From assembly GCA_934229625.1 (NCBI GenBank), contig CAKQDU010000004.1, positions 27,295 to 91,294 of the forward strand: DNA of 64,000 nucleotides, written 5' to 3'. Under the pieces are notes generated by a model. The model saw only the letters and a program-made list of their open reading frames with translations. It searched no databases and was not told where the DNA came from. The number at the start of each line of letters is the position of its first letter. The stretch's first letter is position 1. Position numbers and translations under genes: made by a program. This stretch comes from an uncultured Alphaproteobacteria bacterium. Its GTDB lineage: Bacteria; Pseudomonadota; Alphaproteobacteria; RF32; CAG-239. Shown piece after piece: positions 9,301 through 19,118 of this stretch.

Positions 9301-9551
9301 TTATCCCTGCGCAAAATGTGGATAAGATTCTATCCACAGACTTACCAACATTAACAGAATATTTAACAAGGTTAATAAAAAGTTAATGATTCAAGAAGTT
9401 AATAAAACGTTAATATATTTTTTCAACATATCTTGATAAAACGTGTTATATGTTAATAAGTTTGTATAACATTTTTACAAAAAGTTTATACTTTGTTAAA
9501 AACTTTACAGTTGTTTGATTTATTCACAGGAAAAGGCTTAAATGTGGATAA
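9301..9551. other. AT-rich intergenic region with DnaA boxes and TTAA-N7-TTAA motifs (candidate oriC or DnaA/CtrA-regulated promoter region)
   Basis: Perfect DnaA boxes (TGTGGATAA = TTATCCACA) at 9317-9325 and 9543-9551, and a one-mismatch CTATCCACA at 9330-9338 forming an inverted pair with the first. AAATGTGGATAAGATTC is directly repeated. TTAA-N7-TTAA occurs at 9372-9386 and 9399-9413 within repeated GTTAATAAAA(A/C)GTTAAT units. Confidence 0.4.
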
Positions 9552-9581
9552 GATTCATAAGTTTTTGATATAAGGCAAAAG

Positions 9582-10169
9582 ATGAATATTATAGCAATTA
9601 CAGGCTCTATAGGCTGCGGCAAAACTTTTTTAGCAAAAATCATAAGAAAACTTGGATATGTGGTTTATGACGCCGATAAATGGGTTAAATATTTATACTA
9701 TCGTCCGGAGTTTTTAAATGTTATTAAACAAAATTTTCCTAAAGTTTTTGATGATGACGGCAGTTTTAATAAACGAAAATTAAGAAATTTAGTGTTTAAT
9801 GATAATACTGAATTGAAACGGTTGGAAAAAATCATTCATCCGTTTTTAAGAAGAAAATTATTAAATGTTATTCATAAGAATGCCAAGACTGAAAGAGTTT
9901 TCTTTTTTGACGCAGCTCTGCTCTTTGAAATGAAGTGGAATATATATTGTCAGGCCGTTATATTGGCTGATGTAGATAAAAATATTCAAAAACAACGTGT
10001 TATGAAAAGAGATAACATAAGCGCTGAAGACTTTGAAAAAATTGTTTCGCTGCAGATGGATAACGAACATAAAAAAATGTTTACAGATGTAATTATAAAT
10101 ACTAACAAGCCTGAAAATTTATTAAAATCTGAGCTTATTAAAGTTATAAAAGAGTTAACAAATGCGTGA
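9582..10169 (+). CDS. coaE: dephospho-CoA kinase
   Basis: 195 aa with N-terminal P-loop MNIIAITGSIGCGKT; size and pattern typical of CoaE. Confidence 0.88.
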   Translation: MNIIAITGSIGCGKTFLAKIIRKLGYVVYDADKWVKYLYYRPEFLNVIKQNFPKVFDDDGSFNKRKLRNLVFNDNTELKRLEKIIHPFLRRKLLNVIHKNAKTERVFFFDAALLFEMKWNIYCQAVILADVDKNIQKQRVMKRDNISAEDFEKIVSLQMDNEHKKMFTDVIINTNKPENLLKSELIKVIKELTNA

Positions 10170-10881
10170 GATATGTTTTGATACTGAAACAACAGGTTTA
10201 GACCCGGACACCGGAGATAGATTGGTTGAAATCGGAGCGGTTGAGTTGATTAACCATTTACCGACAGGTAAAATTTATCATGAATATATAAATCCTGAAC
10301 GTGATGTTCCGGAAGAAGTTGTAAAAGTGCATGGTTTGGATAATGAATTTTTAAAAGACAAGCCGGTTTTCAGAGATGTTGCTCAATCATGGATAGAGTT
10401 TATAGGCGATGACGGAATTTTAGTGGCTCATAATGCCGCATTTGACTTGAAGTTTATAAATTTTGAATTAAAAAAGTGCGGATTTCAAACGTATGAATGG
10501 GATAGAGTTGTAGATACATTGGCTATTGCCAGAAATGAATTTCCTGGAGCGCGTAACAATTTGGACGCTTTGTGTCGCCGCTTTAATATTGATAACTCCG
10601 CCCGTACGTATCACGGAGCTTTGTTGGATGCTCAACTGTTGGCCGAAGTTTATCTTCAGCTTTTAGGCGGGGATGAACCTAGTATTAACTTTGTTAAATC
10701 ATCGGCTGAAACATCGCAGAAACATGGTGAAAATATTCATTTTTATGCTGAAAATGTCCAAAAACGCAGTTTTTCTTTATCTGCCGAAGAACAACAGGCT
10801 CATCTGGATTTTTTAAGTAAAAGCATAAAAAATGCGCTATGGTTGCAAAATACTGAAAGTGAAACCAAAAAAGATGCTTAA
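10162..10881 (+). CDS. dnaQ: DNA polymerase III epsilon subunit (3'-5' exonuclease)
   Basis: Exo motifs FDTETTGLDP, VAHNAAFDLKFI and HGALLDAQLLAEVY. Overlaps coaE by 8 nt. Confidence 0.92.
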   Translation: MREICFDTETTGLDPDTGDRLVEIGAVELINHLPTGKIYHEYINPERDVPEEVVKVHGLDNEFLKDKPVFRDVAQSWIEFIGDDGILVAHNAAFDLKFINFELKKCGFQTYEWDRVVDTLAIARNEFPGARNNLDALCRRFNIDNSARTYHGALLDAQLLAEVYLQLLGGDEPSINFVKSSAETSQKHGENIHFYAENVQKRSFSLSAEEQQAHLDFLSKSIKNALWLQNTESETKKDA

Positions 10882-12142
10882 ACAGCTGCTGTATATTTAC
10901 AATACCTATATAAATAAAAAAATGTTGATATTGCTGGCGTTGGGATTTACCAGTGGTTTCCCTTTTTTATTGGTTTTCGGAACGCTGAGCTTTTGGCTTA
11001 AGGACTTGGATATATCCTATACTTTAATCGGTGCTTTTTCTTTGGTTAAAATACCATATTCATTAAAATGGGTATGGTCTCCGCTGATAGATAATGTTAA
11101 ATTGCCTTTTTTATATAAAATGGGACGCCGCCGTTCATGGGCGGTTTTTATTCAAATTTTGTTGTTTTGTTCTTTTGCGGCTATGGCTTTCACTAATCCT
11201 GAAAAACATACGCTGCACATGGCTCTTTTTGCTTTTATAGCTAGTTTTTTATCAGCTTCGCAAGATATAGTGTTAGACGCATACAGAGTTGAAAGTTTTG
11301 AAAATGAGCCGGAAAAGCAGGCTTCAGGAGTTGCTATATATGTTCTTGGATATCGTTTAGGATTGATTTTTTCCGGTGCCGGAGCAATTTATATGGCTTC
11401 TTTTTTAAGTTGGCCGGAGGTATATTTAATTATGGCCGGTGGTTTGCTTGTTGGATTTATAGCAGTTCTTTTGGCAAAAGAGCCTCAGGTATATCAATAT
11501 AAAAAATATAAATTAAAGTTGAAAGATAGTATTGCGTTTATTAAAAATTCGCTGGTTAATCCTTTTAAGGATTTCACACAAAAAGAACATTGGTACTGGA
11601 TATTATTATTTATATTTACATATCGTTTAAGCAATGCTTATTTTGGTCCGATGAGTTTTCCTTTTTATGTTGATTTAGGTTTTTCAAAAGCGGAAATTGC
11701 TTCGGTTATCAAGATATATGGTATGGTTGCAGCTATTTTTGGTGGTTTGGCCGGTGGTTTGATTGTTATGAAAATCGGTCTTAAAAACAGTTTGCTTTTG
11801 TTTGGTGCGGCACAATGTTTCACAACATTTTTATTTTCGGTTCAGGCATATTACGGTCATAATATGCCGATGTTTATAACAATTATTACTTTGGAAAATT
11901 TTTCATCTGGTTTAGCTACAACAGCTTTAGTTGCTTATATTTCTTCATTATGTAACAAATTGTATACGGCAACTCAATATGCATTGCTGTCGTCTGTAAT
12001 GAGTTTGTCACGCGACATATTTTCTTCTACCAGCGGATTGGTTGCGCAATATGTTTCATGGAATGTATTTTTTATAATATGCGGATTTTTAAGTTTACCA
12101 AGTCTGATAATTGTGTGGTTTTGCATAAAAAAAGATAAATAG
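10874..12142 (+). CDS. ampG: AmpG-family muropeptide/MFS permease
   Basis: About 12 predicted TM helices. LALGFTSGFPFLLVFGTLSFWLKD and YSLKWVWSPLID resemble the AmpG N-terminus. I chose the ATG at 10874; the track started at 10832. Confidence 0.7.
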   Translation: MLKQLLYIYNTYINKKMLILLALGFTSGFPFLLVFGTLSFWLKDLDISYTLIGAFSLVKIPYSLKWVWSPLIDNVKLPFLYKMGRRRSWAVFIQILLFCSFAAMAFTNPEKHTLHMALFAFIASFLSASQDIVLDAYRVESFENEPEKQASGVAIYVLGYRLGLIFSGAGAIYMASFLSWPEVYLIMAGGLLVGFIAVLLAKEPQVYQYKKYKLKLKDSIAFIKNSLVNPFKDFTQKEHWYWILLFIFTYRLSNAYFGPMSFPFYVDLGFSKAEIASVIKIYGMVAAIFGGLAGGLIVMKIGLKNSLLLFGAAQCFTTFLFSVQAYYGHNMPMFITIITLENFSSGLATTALVAYISSLCNKLYTATQYALLSSVMSLSRDIFSSTSGLVAQYVSWNVFFIICGFLSLPSLIIVWFCIKKDK

Positions 12143-12206
12143 TAATTGTAAAAATTGAAAAAAGGCATTATAATAATAATGTTTTTTTTATTGAAAGATT
12201 TAAATA

Positions 12207-13361
12207 ATGGCCGATGAAAATAAAAATAAATCTTTAGGCGATAAAAGTGCCGAGCAATATTACGAAAAGCATCGCAAAGATGATATGGCTCAGATTTTAG
12301 GGCGTAGCGAATCATGGAAGGCCATAGCTAAACAAATTGATAAATTTTCTGAAAAATCGAATAATGGGCATATTGTAAATGATATTGTTTTTTCCGGCAA
12401 AATGTTGCAAGGCGGCAGTTTTGATGGTGAAAATTTTGAAAATGCCGATTTTAGCGGCAGTAATATGCAGGAAAGCAGCTTTAAAAATGCCAATATGCAA
12501 AATGCTGATTTTACAGGAGCGGATTTAAGCGGAGCGGATTTCAGCGGAGCTAATTTGGATGGAGCTGTTTTTGTCGGCGCGCAGCTTATAGGTACAAATT
12601 TTACCGGCGCGCACATGCACGGCGTAAAATTTCAAAATGCCAATTTACAGGACGCTATTCTTCTGGATGCCGATTTGGATAATCTTTCAATTGAAGAATT
12701 GCAGGAACTTGTTGAATACTTAGCTAAATATTATCCTCATAAATTAAATTTAACCCGTTTAAATCTTACATTGCTGGATTTAAAACGCATAGACCTAACT
12801 CAGGTTAGTCTGCGCGGTGTGGATTTTACGGGATGCGATTTTACCGGTGTTAATATTTATGAACTTGATTTGAGCGAATGCGTTATTTCTCCGGCGCAGA
12901 TTGAACAGGCAATAGGACATGTGCCGACAGCTTTGGAATTGAAAAAAATTTTAGCGCCTAAAAATAAGAAAAAACCGCAAAAAATGAAGGGAATTGATTT
13001 TGAAGACTTTTTTACCGGCGGCAATAAAAGCTTTGATTTAGACACAACTAGTATGGAAATAGATATCAATGCCATCGGTAAAAAGGGAAAAGAAATATTC
13101 AAGTCTTTCAAAAAACGAGATTCCGATGATAAAATCATGGAAAAATTCGGCAAGGAGAAAGAAAATAAAAATCCTGAAAAAAAAGAAAGCAACATAGAAG
13201 AACTTCGTAAAACCATAGAACAGCATAAACGTGAGGTTTTAGAGCGCCGTCAAGAAGTGCATGAAATTGAAAATAAAGAAAAAATGCGTGAGCAAATAAG
13301 AGAAAAAATTAAAGAAAATAAAGCAATGCTTATGCAGGTTCATTCTTCTAGGGAAAGATAA
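12207..13361 (+). CDS. pentapeptide-repeat protein with K/E-rich C-terminal tail
   Basis: Runs of A(D/N)LxG-type pentads: NADFSGSNMQESSFKNANMQNADFTGADLSGADFSGANLDGAVFVGAQLIGTNFTGAHMHGVKFQNANLQDAIL. There is a second block (VSLRGVDFTGCDFTGVNIYELDLSEC), then a charged low-complexity tail. Confidence 0.8.
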   Translation: MADENKNKSLGDKSAEQYYEKHRKDDMAQILGRSESWKAIAKQIDKFSEKSNNGHIVNDIVFSGKMLQGGSFDGENFENADFSGSNMQESSFKNANMQNADFTGADLSGADFSGANLDGAVFVGAQLIGTNFTGAHMHGVKFQNANLQDAILLDADLDNLSIEELQELVEYLAKYYPHKLNLTRLNLTLLDLKRIDLTQVSLRGVDFTGCDFTGVNIYELDLSECVISPAQIEQAIGHVPTALELKKILAPKNKKKPQKMKGIDFEDFFTGGNKSFDLDTTSMEIDINAIGKKGKEIFKSFKKRDSDDKIMEKFGKEKENKNPEKKESNIEELRKTIEQHKREVLERRQEVHEIENKEKMREQIREKIKENKAMLMQVHSSRER

Positions 13362-14680
13362 TGGAAGAAACTCTTTTTTCAAACAAAATAAAACGACCTT
13401 TGGCAGATAGGCTGCGACCGACAAAATTGGAAGAAGTTGTCGGTCAAGACCAGATTGTCGGAGCTGATGCACCATTGGGACGCATGTTAAAATCCGGCAA
13501 AATAAGCTCTTTTATTTTATGGGGACCTCCGGGTTGCGGAAAAACAACAATTGCTCGTTTGATTGCGGAATACACAAATCTTTATTTTGAACAAATATCA
13601 GCGGTTTTTTCCGGCGTTGCCGATTTAAAGCGTGTTTTTCAATATGCGCAGGAACGGCGTGCTAATCAGGGTAAAGGCACATTGCTTTTTGTAGATGAAA
13701 TTCATCGCTTCAATAAATCTCAGCAAGATGGTTTTTTGCCGTATGTTGAAGATGGTACGGTTATTTTGGTTGGTGCCACAACCGAAAATCCTTCGTTTGA
13801 ACTAAACTCAGCTTTGCTTTCGCGCTGTCAGGTTTTTGTGCTTAATCGTTTAACTTCTGATGATTTTGAAATTTTATTGGAAAGAGCTGAAAAAGAAGAA
13901 GGACGAAAATTACCGGTTGATGAAGAAGCTCGTGATTTTATAAAGGAAATAGCCGACGGCGACGGCCGCTATATTTTGAATATTGCAGAAAATATTTGGT
14001 CGTATGCGCAAAATGGTGAAACTTTTAACAAAGAGCAGATTTTAAATATAATTCGTTCGCGAGCGCCTATATATGACAAAGGCAGAGACGGTCACTATAA
14101 TTTAATTTCCGCCGTGCATAAATCTTTACGAGGTTCCGATGTTGACGCTGCCCTATATTGGGTGGCCAGAATGCTTGTGGCTGGAGAAGACCCGCGCTAC
14201 ATTTTGCGCCGGTTGTTAAGATTTTCTGTTGAAGATGTTTCTTTAGCCGACCCTAACGCCGTCAGTCAAGCGATTGCGTGTAGTGAAACTTATGAGCGCT
14301 TGGGTTCGCCAGAAGGAGAACTAGCTATTATGCAATTAACCGCCTATTTAGCAACAGCTCCTAAATCTGCAAGTGTGTATAAGGCGATGCATAAAGCATT
14401 TGACGCGGCTCGGCAAACAGGTTCATTGATGCCGCCAAAACATATTTTGAACGCTCCTACTAAATTGATGAAAGATTTAGGGTATAAAAAAGACTATATA
14501 TATGACCAAGATTTGGAAGACGGCTTTTCCGGTCAAAATTATTTTCCGGACGGCATGAGCCGTTCAAAATACTATAATCCGGTAGACCGTGGTTTTGAGC
14601 GTGAAATTAAAAAACGTATAGAATATTTTGACAGGCTACGTAAAGAAAAACAAGCTAAAATGAAAGAAAAAAATGGCTGA
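13361..14680 (+). CDS. rarA: replication-associated recombination protein A (RarA/MgsA AAA+ ATPase)
   Basis: GPPGCGKTT, LFVDEIHRFNKSQQD, VGATTENPSFELNSALLSRC and the MgsA C-terminal region YDKGRDGHYNLISAVHKSLRGSDVDAALYW. Confidence 0.95.
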   Translation: MEETLFSNKIKRPLADRLRPTKLEEVVGQDQIVGADAPLGRMLKSGKISSFILWGPPGCGKTTIARLIAEYTNLYFEQISAVFSGVADLKRVFQYAQERRANQGKGTLLFVDEIHRFNKSQQDGFLPYVEDGTVILVGATTENPSFELNSALLSRCQVFVLNRLTSDDFEILLERAEKEEGRKLPVDEEARDFIKEIADGDGRYILNIAENIWSYAQNGETFNKEQILNIIRSRAPIYDKGRDGHYNLISAVHKSLRGSDVDAALYWVARMLVAGEDPRYILRRLLRFSVEDVSLADPNAVSQAIACSETYERLGSPEGELAIMQLTAYLATAPKSASVYKAMHKAFDAARQTGSLMPPKHILNAPTKLMKDLGYKKDYIYDQDLEDGFSGQNYFPDGMSRSKYYNPVDRGFEREIKKRIEYFDRLRKEKQAKMKEKNG

Positions 14681-15050
14681 GTATATCTATAAAATATGTG
14701 TTAGCTATAATGTTTTTTGCAAGCTGCAGGAATGCGATATTATTCCAAGTCTTGAAGAAAATCATGTAGGGCTGGAAATTCATATTTCTAAAGAAGATTA
14801 TAAAAAATTATCTGATGAGGAAAAGAAAAATTTAAAGCAGTATGAAGTTGTAAATTCTCCATTGCCGAAACAGCGCAAAATTGGACCGCTGTTTGATGAA
14901 ATAAAAGCCGAAGATTTAAATAGCGCTGCTGAAAAAATCAAGTGTAAAATGAAAATACCGGATTTAGCAAAATCTAAAAATATAAAACAAAAGTATTATA
15001 TTCCCAGAACAATAGGCAAAGTTAACACAAAGAAAAAAGGTGGTAGATAA
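14673..15050 (+). CDS. hypothetical protein
   Basis: 125-aa ORF overlapping rarA by 8 nt and ending just before the pseudouridine synthase gene. No recognisable motif. Confidence 0.4.
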   Translation: MAEYIYKICVSYNVFCKLQECDIIPSLEENHVGLEIHISKEDYKKLSDEEKKNLKQYEVVNSPLPKQRKIGPLFDEIKAEDLNSAAEKIKCKMKIPDLAKSKNIKQKYYIPRTIGKVNTKKKGGR

Positions 15051-15051
15051 A

Positions 15052-15981
15052 ATGTCAGGCGTAACAATAGTTAAAATAAAAGCAGAAGATGACGGCATAA
15101 GGCTTAACCGTTGGTTTTTGCGTGAATATCCTTCTTTGAGCTTAGGGCGTTTGCAAAAACTTTTGCGTACCAAACAAATTAAAGTAGACGGCAAAAGAGC
15201 CGAAACATCTACTAGATTAACCACAGGTCAAGAATTGCGCTTACCTCCTCTGGATAAGGAAAAAGCCGTGAAAACCGCTGAAAATATCAGCAAAAATGAT
15301 GCTGATTATATAATGTCTTTAGTAATTTATAAAGATAAAGATATTATAGCTCTTAATAAACCGTCCGGATTGGCTGTGCAAGGGGGAACTAATACCTCTC
15401 GTCATGTTGACGGATTTTTAGAAGCTTTAAAATTTGAAAACAATGAAAAACCGAAATTAGTTCATCGTATAGATAAAGAAACCAGCGGTATTTTATTGTT
15501 GGCGCGCAATCGAAAATCAGCAGAAATATTAACTAAAGCTTTTAGAGAACACAGTTTGCAGAAAACATATTTGGCTTTGGTGCGCGGCTGTCCGCAAAGA
15601 CTTAGCGGAGAAATAAATTTACCATTGGAAAAAGTCGGCGAAAAAATGGAAGTTGTAAAAGGAGGTAAAAAAGCCGTTACAACTTATGAGGTTTTAGATA
15701 GTGCTGCTAAAAAATATGCTTTATTGGCGGCGTCTCCGCTGACAGGCAGAACACATCAGATTAGAGCGCATTTAGAAGCGTTAGGCTGTCCTATTTTAGG
15801 CGATAATAAATATTATGGAGTGGAACGTGTACGTTTAAAAGAGGTTGCGGATAAACTATATTTACATGCGTATAAAATAGATTTATCTGAGATATATGGT
15901 AAAAATATGGTAATTTATGCCGAATTGCCGCAATATTATAAAGAAGCATGTGCGTTTTTTGGATTGGAGTATAAAAAATGA
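15052..15981 (+). CDS. RluA-family 23S rRNA pseudouridine synthase (RluC/RluD-like, with S4 domain)
   Basis: S4-like N-terminus (RLNRWFLREYPSLSLGRLQKLLRTKQIKVDGKR), catalytic motif HRIDKETSGILLLAR, and GRTHQIRAHL. The ATG at 15052 has AAGGTGG upstream. Confidence 0.88.
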   Translation: MSGVTIVKIKAEDDGIRLNRWFLREYPSLSLGRLQKLLRTKQIKVDGKRAETSTRLTTGQELRLPPLDKEKAVKTAENISKNDADYIMSLVIYKDKDIIALNKPSGLAVQGGTNTSRHVDGFLEALKFENNEKPKLVHRIDKETSGILLLARNRKSAEILTKAFREHSLQKTYLALVRGCPQRLSGEINLPLEKVGEKMEVVKGGKKAVTTYEVLDSAAKKYALLAASPLTGRTHQIRAHLEALGCPILGDNKYYGVERVRLKEVADKLYLHAYKIDLSEIYGKNMVIYAELPQYYKEACAFFGLEYKK

Positions 15982-17792
15982 AAAAATTTTTAATAATTTT
16001 ATTTGTAATCATTTTAGTCCCTGTGCTTGGTTTGATTACATTTTTGAAATTTGCAGATTTTAATAATTATAAACCGCAAATTGAAGCAATGGCGCTGAAA
16101 TATGCGAATATGATTGTTAAAATCAATGGCGACTTAAAAATAGGTGTTTCTCTTAAACCTAGTATAGAATTAAATGATGTATCGGTTGCTAAAGCAGAAA
16201 ATAATCAGCCGGTGGCGCAAATAGGCCAAGCTCAGGTGCAGTTTTCTTTGTTGCCGCTTTTGAAAAAAGAAATTGTGGTAGATACGGTTAAAACTTCTGA
16301 TACAAATGTTTTTTACAGCGACAAGGATAGCGTAGAAATAAAAGATTTGGCTGTGGGAATGGATAGCTTTGATTCTCCTATCAATCTAAGCTTTGATACT
16401 GTTGTTTCCGGTGTGCAAATTACCGGCGATGGTACAACGTCTTCATTTAAGTCTATTCAAGATTCAGAATATAATGATGTTTCCGCAAAATTACAGATAA
16501 ATGTTTTGGGGTATACATTAAATTATGATGGCGGAGTTAAAGGTCTGACAAAGGGATTAACTTCTGAGGGTTTATATGAAATTAAATATAAATCAAATAA
16601 AATAAATGGAAATATTTTAGCTGATTTAACCGGAAAAACACCGTATTTAAAGCTTAATGCTGCCAGCGATAATTTGAATGTGTATGAATTTACAGAAACT
16701 AAAAAAGCTGATATTAACTGGCTTATATCAGAAGCTCAGGCTAATGATTTAATTAAAAATACCCCTATTCCGTATGATGTTTTAAAGTCTGTAAACGCTG
16801 ATGTTAGTATTGACCTTAAAACAGTTAACATCACACCAGATATGACTTTGACGAATATTTTAACCGATTTAGCTTTGAAAAACGGTGTATTTAAAGCTGA
16901 TATAAAGAATATAAACGGCGGAGACGGTGTGATTAAGGGCGTTGCAACTCTTGACGCTAATACAAAAAATATGAATGTTAATTTGACAGGTAATGGCATA
17001 GTTTTGCAAAAATTAAACAAAAATTTTGCCGATTCAGGTAATGATGCTTTATATGTAAAAAGCGGCGGAAAAAGTGATTTTAGCATAAAATTAAATACTT
17101 TCGGAATTGATACAGACCAATATTTAGCAAATATGAATGGTCAGGTTGTAGCAATTATTGACAGCTCTGTTATGAATGTTAAAAGTTTGGAACGTTTGCA
17201 AGGCAATATTATTGTTCAGATTCTTAATAATTTGCAATTGAATATTAGGAATAAAGATATGAAACTTAATTGCGCAGTTGTCCGCAGCGATATTAAAAAA
17301 GGTGTTGCAGAATTTCCTAAAGGAATAGCGTTTGATGCAAATGATTTTTATGTTGTGGCTGACGGCAGTGTAAATCTGTATAATGAAAAAATAGATTTGG
17401 ATTTACAACCTTTTTCAGGAAGAATCACAGATACAAATGTTTCATCTGTTTTAGGTTCATTACTAAGTGTTTCCGGAACAATGTCTAACCCGCGTGTCGG
17501 CTTAAACAAAACACAGACAGCTAAAGCTGTTGTCGGTATTATTGCTACAGGTGGTCTATATAACGCCGGAGACATGGTTTTGAGTGCCGATTCTTCTCCA
17601 TGCTACACAGCATTGCAGGGAACGGAATATGCAAACTATTTCAAAGCTTCGGAAACAGGCGTAAAAAATGATGCTTCGAAAACATATACCGACACTCAAA
17701 ATGCTGTGAAAAAATCTTTAACAGACACTAAAGCAGCGGTAAAAGATTTAGGCAGCCAAGCCGGAAATTTATTGAAAGGTTTGGTTAAATGA
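15978..17792 (+). CDS. AsmA-family outer-membrane biogenesis protein
   Basis: 604 aa with an N-terminal anchor MKKFLIILFVIILVPVLGLITFL. Long beta-rich body with AsmA-like N- and C-terminal patterns (ADGSVNLYNEKIDLDLQP). Assigned by resemblance only. Confidence 0.55.
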   Translation: MKKFLIILFVIILVPVLGLITFLKFADFNNYKPQIEAMALKYANMIVKINGDLKIGVSLKPSIELNDVSVAKAENNQPVAQIGQAQVQFSLLPLLKKEIVVDTVKTSDTNVFYSDKDSVEIKDLAVGMDSFDSPINLSFDTVVSGVQITGDGTTSSFKSIQDSEYNDVSAKLQINVLGYTLNYDGGVKGLTKGLTSEGLYEIKYKSNKINGNILADLTGKTPYLKLNAASDNLNVYEFTETKKADINWLISEAQANDLIKNTPIPYDVLKSVNADVSIDLKTVNITPDMTLTNILTDLALKNGVFKADIKNINGGDGVIKGVATLDANTKNMNVNLTGNGIVLQKLNKNFADSGNDALYVKSGGKSDFSIKLNTFGIDTDQYLANMNGQVVAIIDSSVMNVKSLERLQGNIIVQILNNLQLNIRNKDMKLNCAVVRSDIKKGVAEFPKGIAFDANDFYVVADGSVNLYNEKIDLDLQPFSGRITDTNVSSVLGSLLSVSGTMSNPRVGLNKTQTAKAVVGIIATGGLYNAGDMVLSADSSPCYTALQGTEYANYFKASETGVKNDASKTYTDTQNAVKKSLTDTKAAVKDLGSQAGNLLKGLVK

Positions 17793-18289
17793 TAGACTTT
17801 AAGCAAGCGGAAAAAGAAATAAAAGAACATCGTTCCGAAGTTATAGAAAAACTTGTCGAGTTTTCTTTTACGGATGTTATTTTGTTTTGGAGCGCCAACG
17901 GTGATGTTAAAAAATTACAAACTGAAAAGTGGCTTCCGGTACTAAAATGGCTGAATAATCGTTTTAGAATTACTCTTAAAGAAACAGATGGACTGACACC
18001 AATTCCGCAAAACGAAAATAACCGCGCCGGTTTTACGGAGATTTTAGAAAAAATGAGCTTAAAAATGCTTACGGCTTATTATTTGGCCGCTGTGCGTCTG
18101 AAATCTCCTTTGCTGGCTCTTGCCTTTACCGAAAAGAAAATAACCGCTTCCGAGGCTTTTGAGCTGGCTTATTTGGAAGAATTATATCAAAGTAAGTCGT
18201 GGGGTGTTGATGAAGAAGCTGAAAAAGGACGGCAATGTGTGAAAAAAGAGCTTTTGGAAACAGAAGAATTTCTGCACGGTAAAAAATAA
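17789..18289 (+). CDS. ATP12-family F1-ATPase assembly chaperone (short)
   Basis: YLAAVRLKSPLLALAF...ASEAFELAYLEELYQSKSWGVDEEA resembles the ATP12 C-terminal region. At 166 aa it is shorter than I would expect for this family. Confidence 0.55.
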   Translation: MIDFKQAEKEIKEHRSEVIEKLVEFSFTDVILFWSANGDVKKLQTEKWLPVLKWLNNRFRITLKETDGLTPIPQNENNRAGFTEILEKMSLKMLTAYYLAAVRLKSPLLALAFTEKKITASEAFELAYLEELYQSKSWGVDEEAEKGRQCVKKELLETEEFLHGKK

Positions 18290-18570
18290 TGTTAAAATGC
18301 TTTTTAGTAAGCGGCAGGGTTCAGGGCGTCGGTTTTCGCTTTTGGACCCTGCGCCGCGTTTCTGAAATTGGTGGAATTTCTGGTTATGTCTGTAATCTAC
18401 CTAGCGGAGATGTGCTGGTTTTGGCTGAAAGTGCAGAAGATAAACTGCGCCAGCTTGAAATATCTTTATATAAAGGTCCTATGTTTGCCAGAGTTGATAG
18501 CGTAAAAAATTTACCGGAGTTTATTTCGTATTTTCCGGCGCCGGAGAACGGTGTATTTAAACGTTTATAG
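18289..18570 (+). CDS. acyP: acylphosphatase
   Basis: 93 aa; VSGRVQGVGFRFWT matches the acylphosphatase signature V.G.VQGV.FR. Confidence 0.85.
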   Translation: MLKCFLVSGRVQGVGFRFWTLRRVSEIGGISGYVCNLPSGDVLVLAESAEDKLRQLEISLYKGPMFARVDSVKNLPEFISYFPAPENGVFKRL

Positions 18571-18639
18571 AACTGTAAGTCAGGTTTTTTATCACAAATT
18601 AGAGAATATATTTTTGCCGAATATAAAAAGGAGGCCAAA

Positions 18640-18921
18640 ATGAAAAAAGTAGATAAAACCACCGAAAATATAAAACTTTGCCGCTGTATGACTTGTCCGT
18701 CATATACGGAACATTGCAAGCTTAAAAACTCGCCGGAGAATTTTTTGAAATCTTTGGAAAATTTACAAAATATGCAGCATTATGAAAAATTGTATTGCGC
18801 GTTTGAAAAGAGTAATTGTATTTATCAGGATAAAGGCTGTGTCTGCAGCGAATGTGATGTTTATAAAAACTATAATCTGCAAAATCATGATTATTGTCTG
18901 CACACCGGTGGTGTTTTGTAA
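18640..18921 (+). CDS. small Cys-rich protein (DUF2769-like)
   Basis: Strong SD (AAAGGAGG). CRCMTCPSYTEHC...YCAFEKSNC...GCVCSECDVY resembles the DUF2769 cysteine pattern as I recall it. Confidence 0.5.
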   Translation: MKKVDKTTENIKLCRCMTCPSYTEHCKLKNSPENFLKSLENLQNMQHYEKLYCAFEKSNCIYQDKGCVCSECDVYKNYNLQNHDYCLHTGGVL

Positions 18922-19118
18922 GCGATTTTGTGGTCTGACAACAGTAATTATAAGTGTTATACAAATATAAATTTTAATGTCAGAAATCTACCGCATTGTT
19001 CTTCTTTTTGGGGGAATAATGCGGTTTTTTAGACATTTTAGACTAAAAATTTCTTTACATTTAGTATAACAACACTATAATAAATCACAAATTTTATTAT
19101 TAACTAATACTTTTTATT

